Assembly (NCBI GenBank): GCA_029006345.1
Contig: JAQXGK010000032.1
Span: forward strand, 8,566-72,565
Length of the DNA: 64,000 nucleotides
DNA from: Bacillota bacterium
GTDB taxonomy: Bacteria > Bacillota > Clostridia > Oscillospirales > SIG627
Reading direction: 5' to 3'
A program made the position numbers and the translations under genes. The notes beneath the pieces were generated by a model. The model had not been told where the DNA came from. It saw nothing but the letters and a program-made list of their open reading frames with translations, and did no database searches. Shown in pieces: positions 46,807 to 55,250 of this stretch (position 1 is the first letter of the stretch; each line of letters opens with the position of its first letter).

Positions 46807-49800
46807 TTATTCCTCTTCGGGAAGATGCACCGTCGGCTTGAGCGCCGAATAAACAGCTTCGAGTTGTCTTTCGGGGCTTACAAACCACTCGGTTTCAAAA
46901 ATTCTGACAACCTTCCACGGCTGACCGGCGAGTTTGTCGGCATACTCTATCTCTCTGTCATAAAAGCTCATTCCCGCACAGCCGGCAGAGCTGTCGAGTA
47001 CAACAGCGAGAATATACTCTCCGGGCTTGTCCGGATTCTCTACCGCCACGTCTGCAAAAAGCTTTCCGAAGCCGTATCCGATAACGCAGTTATAACCTTT
47101 TTCCTTCAAGCAATCGGCTATTTTCTCCGCAATCGGATTGCGGGTCTTAGCATTGCAGACCTCCGAAAGCAAATCTGCGCCGTTATACAGCTCAAGAACG
47201 AATTTTTTCATATACCTGTATCCGTCAGAGAAGCAGGATGCCCCAAGCAGAGTCGAAACTCCGAAAGACACGAAGGCGTGAACGCATTCGCGTGACATTG
47301 ACATAAGACTTGCAAAGCTCATGAAGCTGTTGCCCTTCAAAAGTGTGCGAAGCTCTCCGGTCATTTTGTCATAATAACGCGTCTTTTCGGGAAGCGCATA
47401 CGTCATTGATATCAGTATTATATCCCGAGGCTCAGTCGGCATATTTGAAATATCTCTGATAATAAGCGGCTCTGAAGTGTTAACAAACAGTTGGTCTCTC
47501 AAAGAGGCGTCTAAGCTTACGCGCTTTATCACCAAAGCCTCTATCAAATGCTTCTGAGAGGAATTCATCGCATATACGCAAATTGATTTACCCTCCCCGA
47601 GCGAAGCAATACGGGCTATCTCATCAACTACAGCCGCCGCCTCAACAAGGTTGGTTCTCGTACGTTCTACGTCAAAGCTGCCGTTAACGCGCGTAAGCTT
47701 CACGCCGTCGGTGGTTTTTGCCATCGGATATACCCCATACGGCTCGTCGAATCCGCAGGCCTTGAAGTATCGGTTGAGAAAAGCGGCGGAGCACATATTG
47801 CTGCCGCGATATTTTGTAAGTCTCTCCGTAGGCAATCCTATCTCCAAAAGCTCGCTCATAATAGACGTTTTATCAAAGCCTTCGAAATATCTGTTTTCCC
47901 AGTCAATACAAGCGCCTGTAAAGCGGCTGCAATATGCGCTGTTCCCGAGAAATACCAACTTTCTGCCCAGAGCAAACAGCGGTATGGCCTGTTCGCTTTC
48001 AATTTGGTCTGCGTCGTCGAAAACTATGTAATCAAAGGTAATGTCATCTTTTGATACGTAATCGAGCACGGAATCCTTCAGACTTACAAAGACGCTGTAG
48101 TATTCTTTGAGCTCAGGCAGATTATCTCTTACAGCATCTACCGTAACGCTTGTGCCGTCAAGGTCTGCAAGAGCCGCAGACTGCTTTTGCATACTGCTTG
48201 AAACAATGTCTTTTATATTGGAAATCAATATCTCATTTTTCTTATCGTAGTACTCGCGCGCCTTAGAGCAGAGCTCGAGATATTTTTCCTTGCCGAAATC
48301 CGACAGAACCGGCTCGCTTTCGATTAGAGCCTCGCACATAGTGCGGAAGAGCCCTTTCAAAAAGGCAGGCCTTATATTTGCCGAGTTGATTTCACCCGAC
48401 TCGAACATATTGACGGCTGAATCAAACCCGGCGGCAATCGCCTTGTCGCGCACATTCAGCCAGTTGACCCACTGCTTGAGACCGTCGAAGCCGTGCAGCA
48501 TATCTGTCTGCGAGGCAGGAAGATACTCAAACCAATCGGATCTGTGGTATTCCTTCTGCGAATAAATATCAAGTGAGACAGCGGCTACAAAATCACGCTC
48601 GGTTTCCTCGTAGGAGACAAATGCCTTCTTGATTTTATAAAGTTCATCCTTGTAACGGTGAGTGTCGCTGTTTTTCTGCATGAGTATGGAAACTATATTG
48701 TTCTTATCGACAGCCTCATTATGCAGTATGATTCTGAGCAGCTCACAGTAGCGCTCACAGTCGCGTTCGACCGCCTCAAAATTATCCCAAATCTCAGGCG
48801 TATCCCTGTCCGGGGCTGTAATATCGACTCCGAAATAACGTTCTATGAGTGCGGAATTATCCTTGACATAGTTTGTATATTCACGGTATTTCTCGACAGC
48901 GCGCAGTATATCCGACATATCGCCGCGGCTTATGCTCTTGCCCTTTCTGCAATATGAGCAAAGGCTTTGATACACCCTCTTCTGCACCGCTCTGCCCTTA
49001 AAGGTCAATTTGGATTCGCGGCACTCTAAGATGTACTCATGCGCGGGTATCGAAAAAATTTCGTCGGAGAAGGTTTCGGTCAGCTCTGCGCGCATCTTAT
49101 GACAGGACTTGCCGTATTCGATGACGGTTCTCAGCTTAGGTATGCTGGCAACTATATCGTCGTTATCAAAATAACAAAACGGTATTTCATTGTCGTTGCC
49201 TATGAGTTCGAGCAGCTCTATCAGAGCCTTTGTTTCTGCGAGCGTCTTAACTGTACTGTCAGGATAAAACAGCTTGATAATCTCATTCTGCGTAGAAATC
49301 AAATCGCGGGTTGCGCTGGCGTAGCTCTTGAGCATTGTAAGAGCCATGTCCTTTTTCTCATAGGACAGCTCCTTGCATCTGACAAACGACAGAGGATTGT
49401 TATGCACTTCTCCCGCTTCGCTTCCGACAATGGCCATTTCGGATATTAGTGAAAACCATTCGGCGAGTTTGTTCCTGTCAAGCGAAAGGACGCGTTCGCG
49501 ATTGAAATCAATACTTTTTTCGCTGTAGCTGTATTTCTCGTAACTGTGTATGGCGTCGGCGAGTGAAAAGCCGAACGCCCTCTTTTTATTGAGGACTTTA
49601 TAATACTCGCAAGCCGCGCGGGAGGCTTTTTGATAGCCGTCGAGCGCCGCAAACAGGTCGTCTTGTTCAGAGCAAAAATTAAATTCCTGTTTTATGGAAA
49701 ACTTGTTCGAGCGTGCTTTATTCAAATAGAGTACGGTATCTCCGAGACCTATTTTGTCAAGCTTGCGTCGGAAACCGTCGCAAAGCCGTCGGTCGGCCGC

Positions 49801-51771
49801 TACATACAATATGTTTTTTCGGCTCCTGGCGGCAGCACTCGCAAGATATGCCGCAACAGTCGTTCTTCCGCTGCCGGCCGCACCGTCGATTATACTGTAA
49901 TTACAGCTGTCGGCGCAGGCAACTGCCCTCACCTGCTCGTGAGTCAGCGGATACGGCGAATTTGTCTCGTATTTAAAAGCTTTTGACGAATCGAAGGAAT
50001 ATGTTCCCTTGTATTCTCCCCTGCAGATTGAATCGGAAAGCGCGTTTGAACGGAGGGTTTCGGGTGAAATCCTCATAGCCTTTTCATATGCATCCGCCTC
50101 AAAGAAGCCAAGATACATTTTTTCAAAGGAAAGCACTATTGTGTCAGTCATGGATACTGCGTCACGAAGCATATCGACAGAACGCTGAAGATCGCCTATT
50201 TCTCCGAGAGCAAACAGATTTATACCGTAAATATTCTGGATTTTTTCAAAAAGCGTCAGATTGAATACAGGGCTGTCGCTTTCAAACGAAATGCGATGCA
50301 GACCGGATTGATCCTTGGTCAGCCTGCAGGGAAGCAATATAAGCGGGCACTCATTTTCGCTGTCCGGCTCGCCGGTCCTGAGCCGTGCCGTGCCGAAGGT
50401 GATATATATATTACCTCCGCTTCCCGAGCCGTATTTTCGGTTGAGCTTGGATTTAAAATAACCGAGTCTGTTATTAAGTGCTTTTTTATCAAGCTCAGTA
50501 ACGATTGCACCGCCAATATCCACATCGGAATAGTCTTCGCGTTTATCAAGGATAATAAGACTGCTGTTGCTTTCCGCGATTTCCAAAAGACGGCCGTAGT
50601 TCTCCCGGCCTATAAGAAGGCTGTTGTGCTCATTAATATTCAACAGAGGGTTATCAGAGCTCATATCAAGCAGACGGCCGCGGTATTCTTTTGTTTTTTC
50701 AGAATAAACGTCAACTTCAGCGTCCTCGAAGCTATCCTTGACTTCCAATGCATCAAACGGAGATTTTCCGCGTTCAAAGCTGAGACCCTCGTCCGAATAT
50801 ATGCGCGAAGGAAGCGGAAGTATATGCTCTTTTCTCGCACGCTTGATATCTATGGCAATAATAAAATTCTCGTGATGTTCAAAGACTGCAAGCGCCATTT
50901 TACGTGAATTATCAAAAGAGATATTTGTTCCGTTAACAACACTCGACGGCTCAAACAGACAAACATTGCCGTTAGCACAAAGCTCTGTCAGGGTTTTGAA
51001 GCTGTCAATTACCGGTCCGTAAAAAATTTTATCTGTCAAATAGCAGCCGACTATGGCCTTGCCGCCGAAAATGATAAGCAAAGGATTAAAGCCCATCGCC
51101 TCTAAGCAGGAGGCATATAAAAGCGATATTTCAAGAGAATTTGCGCTCTTGTCATGTATCACGGCTTCCGGCAGCTTGAGCCTTTCTCCGACTTTATCGG
51201 TTGAAAAGGGCGTAATAGAATATGTTATTCTGAGTTCACGGACAGCCTCGTACAGTTGCTCAAGTTCAAGCTCGATATCAACAGCCGACTTTCCCTTGTA
51301 GCCGAGAACGGAGTTTTTGGTTCCGACATTCGACAGCACTTCCCTTATCTCGTGCTGAGCGGGTGTGACCAGCGCGGCAAGCAACTCGGGATGATTCTGA
51401 CATCCTCCCCACGCGTCAAATGAAATCAGCTCTATATTTTTTTTTGCCTCATCGATAAGCTCGCCAGCACAGTACACTCCGACATGAATAAAAGCATTGG
51501 TATCGGTGCTTAAATAAGCAAGTTTTGTAGAATCCGTCACAAGCTCCGGCGAAGCAAAGCTTACTACGGAATGAGCAAAGATACCGTTACAGCTCACCGA
51601 GTACGGCTCAAAAAATTCAGGTGTCGATGATACCTCTACGGTTATACCCTCATAAATTTCCGAGGTAAGATTCTTTATATAAATTCCGTCTATCGGAGCA
51701 ATTTTACTGCAATACATGGAATAGTTGAAAATACTTGAAGAATCGATGGTAATTTTCAGTCTGTCGCCCAT
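46807..51771 (-). CDS. giant DUF4011 / SF1 (Upf1-DNA2-like) helicase-like / Vsr-type endonuclease-like fusion protein (Hhe-like architecture)
   Basis: ORF 46807..51822 (GTG). ATG 51771 behind GGAAAGGAA is preferred, giving 1654 aa. DUF4011-like motifs (LLDMSSDNPLLNI, ECPLILLPCRL). P-loop GAAGSGRT at 49861..49884. Walker-B-like IVFDDADQ at 48004..48027. C-terminal REase-like block at 46873..47070. Confidence 0.8.
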   Translation of the reverse strand: MGDRLKITIDSSSIFNYSMYCSKIAPIDGIYIKNLTSEIYEGITVEVSSTPEFFEPYSVSCNGIFAHSVVSFASPELVTDSTKLAYLSTDTNAFIHVGVYCAGELIDEAKKNIELISFDAWGGCQNHPELLAALVTPAQHEIREVLSNVGTKNSVLGYKGKSAVDIELELEQLYEAVRELRITYSITPFSTDKVGERLKLPEAVIHDKSANSLEISLLYASCLEAMGFNPLLIIFGGKAIVGCYLTDKIFYGPVIDSFKTLTELCANGNVCLFEPSSVVNGTNISFDNSRKMALAVFEHHENFIIAIDIKRARKEHILPLPSRIYSDEGLSFERGKSPFDALEVKDSFEDAEVDVYSEKTKEYRGRLLDMSSDNPLLNINEHNSLLIGRENYGRLLEIAESNSSLIILDKREDYSDVDIGGAIVTELDKKALNNRLGYFKSKLNRKYGSGSGGNIYITFGTARLRTGEPDSENECPLILLPCRLTKDQSGLHRISFESDSPVFNLTLFEKIQNIYGINLFALGEIGDLQRSVDMLRDAVSMTDTIVLSFEKMYLGFFEADAYEKAMRISPETLRSNALSDSICRGEYKGTYSFDSSKAFKYETNSPYPLTHEQVRAVACADSCNYSIIDGAAGSGRTTVAAYLASAAARSRKNILYVAADRRLCDGFRRKLDKIGLGDTVLYLNKARSNKFSIKQEFNFCSEQDDLFAALDGYQKASRAACEYYKVLNKKRAFGFSLADAIHSYEKYSYSEKSIDFNRERVLSLDRNKLAEWFSLISEMAIVGSEAGEVHNNPLSFVRCKELSYEKKDMALTMLKSYASATRDLISTQNEIIKLFYPDSTVKTLAETKALIELLELIGNDNEIPFCYFDNDDIVASIPKLRTVIEYGKSCHKMRAELTETFSDEIFSIPAHEYILECRESKLTFKGRAVQKRVYQSLCSYCRKGKSISRGDMSDILRAVEKYREYTNYVKDNSALIERYFGVDITAPDRDTPEIWDNFEAVERDCERYCELLRIILHNEAVDKNNIVSILMQKNSDTHRYKDELYKIKKAFVSYEETERDFVAAVSLDIYSQKEYHRSDWFEYLPASQTDMLHGFDGLKQWVNWLNVRDKAIAAGFDSAVNMFESGEINSANIRPAFLKGLFRTMCEALIESEPVLSDFGKEKYLELCSKAREYYDKKNEILISNIKDIVSSSMQKQSAALADLDGTSVTVDAVRDNLPELKEYYSVFVSLKDSVLDYVSKDDITFDYIVFDDADQIESEQAIPLFALGRKLVFLGNSAYCSRFTGACIDWENRYFEGFDKTSIMSELLEIGLPTERLTKYRGSNMCSAAFLNRYFKACGFDEPYGVYPMAKTTDGVKLTRVNGSFDVERTRTNLVEAAAVVDEIARIASLGEGKSICVYAMNSSQKHLIEALVIKRVSLDASLRDQLFVNTSEPLIIRDISNMPTEPRDIILISMTYALPEKTRYYDKMTGELRTLLKGNSFMSFASLMSMSRECVHAFVSFGVSTLLGASCFSDGYRYMKKFVLELYNGADLLSEVCNAKTRNPIAEKIADCLKEKGYNCVIGYGFGKLFADVAVENPDKPGEYILAVVLDSSAGCAGMSFYDREIEYADKLAGQPWKVVRIFETEWFVSPERQLEAVYSALKPTVHLPEEE

Positions 51772-51805
51772 CTTTTTTGTCCGTTCCTTTCCGCAACGCC
51801 GTCTG

Positions 51806-51830
51806 CATGCGCAAAATGACACATGCGCAA
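51806..51830 (-). repeat. direct repeat TTGCGCATG x2 (16-bp period) in the leader of the giant gene
   Basis: Plus-strand CATGCGCAA at 51806..51814 and 51822..51830. Both copies are identical. Confidence 0.9.
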
Positions 51831-51850
51831 TTTATACGTCATTTTATACG
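51831..51850 (-). repeat. direct repeat CGTATAAA x2 (12-bp period) in the leader of the giant gene
   Basis: Plus-strand TTTATACG at 51831..51838 and 51843..51850. Both copies are identical. Confidence 0.9.
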
Positions 51851-51863
51851 ATTTATTTATATT

Positions 51864-51893
51864 ATTATACGGTCATTCAGTCATATATGTCAA
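51864..51893 (-). promoter_or_regulatory. sigma-A promoter of the giant gene
   Basis: Consensus TTGACA-18 nt-TATAAT on the reverse strand, just downstream of the terminator of the preceding operon. Confidence 0.6.
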
Positions 51894-51904
51894 TCAAAAT
51901 CAGC

Positions 51905-51956
51905 AAAAAACAACTAGAAAGCAGTGAAAAACGGTATTTTTCCGTTCTTCACTGCT
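51905..51956 (-). terminator. terminator of the amidohydrolase-VTC-DUF4956 operon
   Basis: 15-bp stem with 1 mismatch (AGCAGTGAAGAACGG/CCGTTTTTCACTGCT) followed by UUCUAGUUGUUUUUU. Confidence 0.7.
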
Positions 51957-52000
51957 AAAAAAGTCGTATTCATACTATCGCCGAGCATTTAATAATGGCG

Positions 52001-52678
52001 TTAAAGAAGCGTTGTCGCGTTAAAAGCGACTGCACTGACATTTCTTACTCCGTCAATTTCACGAAGACGTTCAATGCTGTTAAAGTCATTTTTAGACAGT
52101 TTGAGCTCTATAGCAAGCTCTACGCAATCGTCAACCGCGGTTTTCGAACGAATCTTGAACTTCGGGAAAGTATTTATGCATGCTTCGACCGCCTCTTTTG
52201 TCGCCGCCTCATAACGCAATACCAAAAGATACGTTGAGCTTCCGGTGCGGCAGTAAATAAAATGAACAAGCATATATAAAACCGATATTGCCACGGTGGA
52301 TAAAATGCTGATAAACACAAGACCCGCTCCGCACATAAGTCCTATAGAGATCGCCCAAAACATAAATATCGTATCGTTGGGCTCTTTGACAGCAGTCCTG
52401 AAGCGAACGATAGAAAGAGCTCCCACCATACCGAGCGAAAGCACAAGATTTGTCGATATGGTCATAATTATGGTAGAAGTAATAAGCGACAGCAGAATAA
52501 GACCTGCGGCAAATCCTTTGTTAAACGACACTCCGGAATATGTCAGTCTGTAAACAAACACCATAGCTAAAGACAGCACGAATGTAAGCAGCACAGCCGT
52601 GGCGATCCGTTCAACAGACAGCGAAGCGGAGAACTCATTTGAAAAATTTTCTTGTATTGTTTCGATAAGTTTCGACAT
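52001..52678 (-). CDS. DUF4956-family membrane protein (copy 2)
   Basis: 225 aa. SIVRFRT motif followed by the IFMFWAISIGLMCG helix. AAAGGAA SD in the 13-nt gap after the VTC gene. Confidence 0.7.
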   Translation of the reverse strand: MSKLIETIQENFSNEFSASLSVERIATAVLLTFVLSLAMVFVYRLTYSGVSFNKGFAAGLILLSLITSTIIMTISTNLVLSLGMVGALSIVRFRTAVKEPNDTIFMFWAISIGLMCGAGLVFISILSTVAISVLYMLVHFIYCRTGSSTYLLVLRYEAATKEAVEACINTFPKFKIRSKTAVDDCVELAIELKLSKNDFNSIERLREIDGVRNVSAVAFNATTLL

Positions 52679-52691
52679 AATATTCCTTTCA

Positions 52692-53390
52692 TTACAGGAG
52701 AAGTGAAAGACTCATGCAGTATTTTGAGCTTGAAGAAAGCGTAAGCGGCAAATCCTCAAACAAGTGGGAAATATGCGGCGGAAGAATACCGTTATATTTG
52801 ACCTCAAACACAGAGAAACCATCATCAAGCACCGGAAACCCGGCAACCTCCCTGCCAAAGAAATCGGTCGAATAGGCGCCGGATGAAATGCCGCTGTCAA
52901 GCGTCAGCCGCACGTCTCCTGTAGGAAATGTAAATGCAATGCGGCTGTAATCGACCAAAACCGAAGGGTGCAGACCTCTGTATCGGGACAAAACATAGAA
53001 TTCGCGAAGGAGAGGTTCGTTTGAACAGTTGAGACAGTCGCAGTCGCCGGACAGCATACCTTCGGCGAGCCGCGCCGAAACGCGCACACCGAGCTTATAC
53101 GATTTGTCCGCGCGCTTTTCCTTTTTCTCGAAAACCATGTAATCCGAATCGAGATTATAGCATCTCAATCGGTATTTAGTCCTGTTTTCGATACCGTTAA
53201 GCTTGCTGCGAAAAGCAGTCATATTTATATCGTCGAAATACAGGCTTCGCACAAGATACGGCTGAGATTTCCCGTAGTGTCCGTCAGAGTCGAGCGCGGC
53301 CGACAGTCTGCTCCTTAATATTTCATATACAGGGCGGCTGATAATAAACTTTTTTTCATCGCGCAAGGTTTCGCGTCTGTCAAGCATCAT
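52692..53390 (-). CDS. VTC-domain (polyphosphate-polymerase-like) protein (copy 2)
   Basis: 232 aa. RDEKKFII, SLYFDD, KYRLRCY and VFEKKEK pattern. The ATG overlaps the upstream stop (ATGA). Confidence 0.7.
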   Translation of the reverse strand: MMLDRRETLRDEKKFIISRPVYEILRSRLSAALDSDGHYGKSQPYLVRSLYFDDINMTAFRSKLNGIENRTKYRLRCYNLDSDYMVFEKKEKRADKSYKLGVRVSARLAEGMLSGDCDCLNCSNEPLLREFYVLSRYRGLHPSVLVDYSRIAFTFPTGDVRLTLDSGISSGAYSTDFFGREVAGFPVLDDGFSVFEVKYNGILPPHISHLFEDLPLTLSSSSKYCMSLSLLL

Positions 53391-54166
53391 TTGTTAAAAA
53401 TCCTGAGTGCGTTTTTGTATGCGACATCCGACACTCCCTCGTCGGACAGCGTCCCGGAGAATAGCTTGATCTGCTGCGGTTCAATCAGCCTGAACGGTGC
53501 GGTACTTGCGTAGCACATGCGCTTTTCGCCGACATACCGTACAGTGTCACTAAGAGTGCCGTTGTTAAAATCATCGAGACATGATATGTCGAAAAGAACA
53601 TTATCGCGGCGCGTAGCCTCCGCCCTCAGAGCGTCACCGAGATCGTAATTATAGTAACCGCATATAACTGTAGAGGTTTTTTCGCTTGACGAAATCAGAT
53701 TGAAGAGCTGTTCCCCCGTCGGCTCATAAAATGTGTCGAAAACATTTCTTCCCCGGATGTTCTCAAAGCCCGCCGCAACCTTAAAGACAAGCCCCAGTTC
53801 GCCGCATAGCCGATAAAGCTCGCGGGCGCTCGGACAGTCGGCGGCATATTTGTGATAGCCCGGAGCTATTTCCACTCCCTTAAAGCCCAGCTCTGCGCAC
53901 TTCTTCAGATCGGTCTTCCATTCGATATATATCGGATTGATCACGGCAAAGGGATAAAACTCAACTCTGCCGACGTACGAGCCCAAGCTTTCTGTCAGCT
54001 CGATATTGCCCTCCATGCAATCGCGGTAAAATACGGAATTCAGATTTGTAACTGCCGCACAATCAGTCAGATTATCACTGAGCTCGCAGGAAAGCTCATC
54101 AAGCGTCGATATTTCGATTTTACGAAAAGGCCAGTGGCCGATGTAAGTAGATAAGTCAAACAGCAT
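53387..54166 (-). CDS. amidohydrolase-fold (TIM-barrel) protein lacking the N-terminal HxH
   Basis: 259 aa. Begins MLFDLSTYIGHWPF. The barrel-like alternation of strands and helices resembles amidohydrolase-2 relatives. Weak call. Confidence 0.6.
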   Translation of the reverse strand: MLFDLSTYIGHWPFRKIEISTLDELSCELSDNLTDCAAVTNLNSVFYRDCMEGNIELTESLGSYVGRVEFYPFAVINPIYIEWKTDLKKCAELGFKGVEIAPGYHKYAADCPSARELYRLCGELGLVFKVAAGFENIRGRNVFDTFYEPTGEQLFNLISSSEKTSTVICGYYNYDLGDALRAEATRRDNVLFDISCLDDFNNGTLSDTVRYVGEKRMCYASTAPFRLIEPQQIKLFSGTLSDEGVSDVAYKNALRIFNK

Positions 54167-54167
54167 T

Positions 54168-54995
54168 TTACCTGTCCCGCCCCCTCGTCAAAAAGCGCAT
54201 ATAGCGTTTTCCGCTCAATATGGTCTTTTTATCTTCGTCAGAGATTTTTGCCGCAAGCAGCTTGCCTACACCCGAGCAAACCGAACCGTCTGTCCCGAAC
54301 AGGATGCGTTCGGCTCCGAGAAGAGACACGGCCTTCTCTATACAATGCGAATCAATTACGCTTCCGCTTATATCTATCATTATATTTTTATAAGGCACGA
54401 TCGGCTTGAGCTGCCAGTCCCAGTCTCCACCGCCCGTAAGATGCGCCATAATGATGTTCAGCTCCGGATAACGGTGCGCTATAGCGGCGAAATGCTCGCC
54501 GGATGAAATTCTGGGCTGACTCTCGGGCTGAAAGGTCAGCTTTCCGGCATGTACCAACACCGGTATGTCGAGCTCAATACACTTTTCCATAACCGGGTAC
54601 TGCACCTCATCGTCGATAAAATACTGATGGTACATCTTTATTCCAACCATACCGAGCCGGCGAATACAGCGTTCGATCTCATCAAGACAGCCGTCAGCTC
54701 CGGGATTGACAAAGCACAAGCCTCGGATTAGCTCAGGGTAACGCTGCATTTCACCGAAAAGTATATCGTTCTTGCGGCGCATAGTCTCTAGCGGGCAATG
54801 CGGGTCGCCGGTCTCCGGCGTGGAGCAAACCAGTATATCCATGCCGTATTTGCGGGCTCCGCGCACAAGCCGGTCAAGGTCGCTTCGGAAGCACTCGCCT
54901 ATGGGGTTTTCCCATACGTGCTCATGCCAATTGACTACGGTATTATTGTAAAACAGCCGCAAATCGCCGTTAATTTTCTCTTTCAACGTGTCCAT
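54168..54995 (-). CDS. amidohydrolase-2 family metal-dependent hydrolase
   Basis: ORF trimmed to ATG 54995 (MDTLKEKI). HEH at the N-terminus (NWHEHVW), VHAG, MAHLTGG and FGTDGS motifs. Confidence 0.7.
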   Translation of the reverse strand: MDTLKEKINGDLRLFYNNTVVNWHEHVWENPIGECFRSDLDRLVRGARKYGMDILVCSTPETGDPHCPLETMRRKNDILFGEMQRYPELIRGLCFVNPGADGCLDEIERCIRRLGMVGIKMYHQYFIDDEVQYPVMEKCIELDIPVLVHAGKLTFQPESQPRISSGEHFAAIAHRYPELNIIMAHLTGGGDWDWQLKPIVPYKNIMIDISGSVIDSHCIEKAVSLLGAERILFGTDGSVCSGVGKLLAAKISDEDKKTILSGKRYMRFLTRGRDR

Positions 54996-55116
54996 ACGAC
55001 AGCCGCTCTCTTTCAAAATAATATATATTGATATTCTACCATTTATCTGCTTTCTTTTCAATAGTAACCTATATTCCGAACAAAATGTTTTTTAGTAAAA
55101 AATATGCGACAACATG

Positions 55117-55145
55117 TTGAATTTATATGCTCGTTGTGATATTAT
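55117..55145 (+). promoter_or_regulatory. candidate sigma-A promoter of the decarboxylase operon
   Basis: TTGAAT-17 nt-TATTAT with TGa (extended -10). The leader is about 100 nt. Confidence 0.5.
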
Positions 55146-55250
55146 AGTTGTAATCGTTAAAATGGGGAGAAAGGGGTGTTTTTATCAAACTTTCCTTTCT
55201 GAATACCCTTGTTTTGATAGTATTTATTTAAGTTGGAGGTAGACAACAGT

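Noticed and set aside
51772-51822. GTG-initiated Cys/Arg-rich N-terminal peptide (MSFCACRRRCGKERTKK) on the giant ORF.
   Set aside because: The segment consists of the TTGCGCATG direct repeats and the SD (GGAAAGGAA) for ATG 51771, so it is more likely leader than coding sequence. I kept it open in the findings because I cannot exclude it.
31079-53390. The idea that the two VTC/DUF4956 pairs are boundary repeats of a ~22-kb genomic island.
   Set aside because: The copies are highly diverged at the protein level and show no nucleotide-level repeat. The intervening genes are core and syntenic in Firmicutes (radA, mazG, hup, yabO-yabP-yabQ-divIC, hpf).
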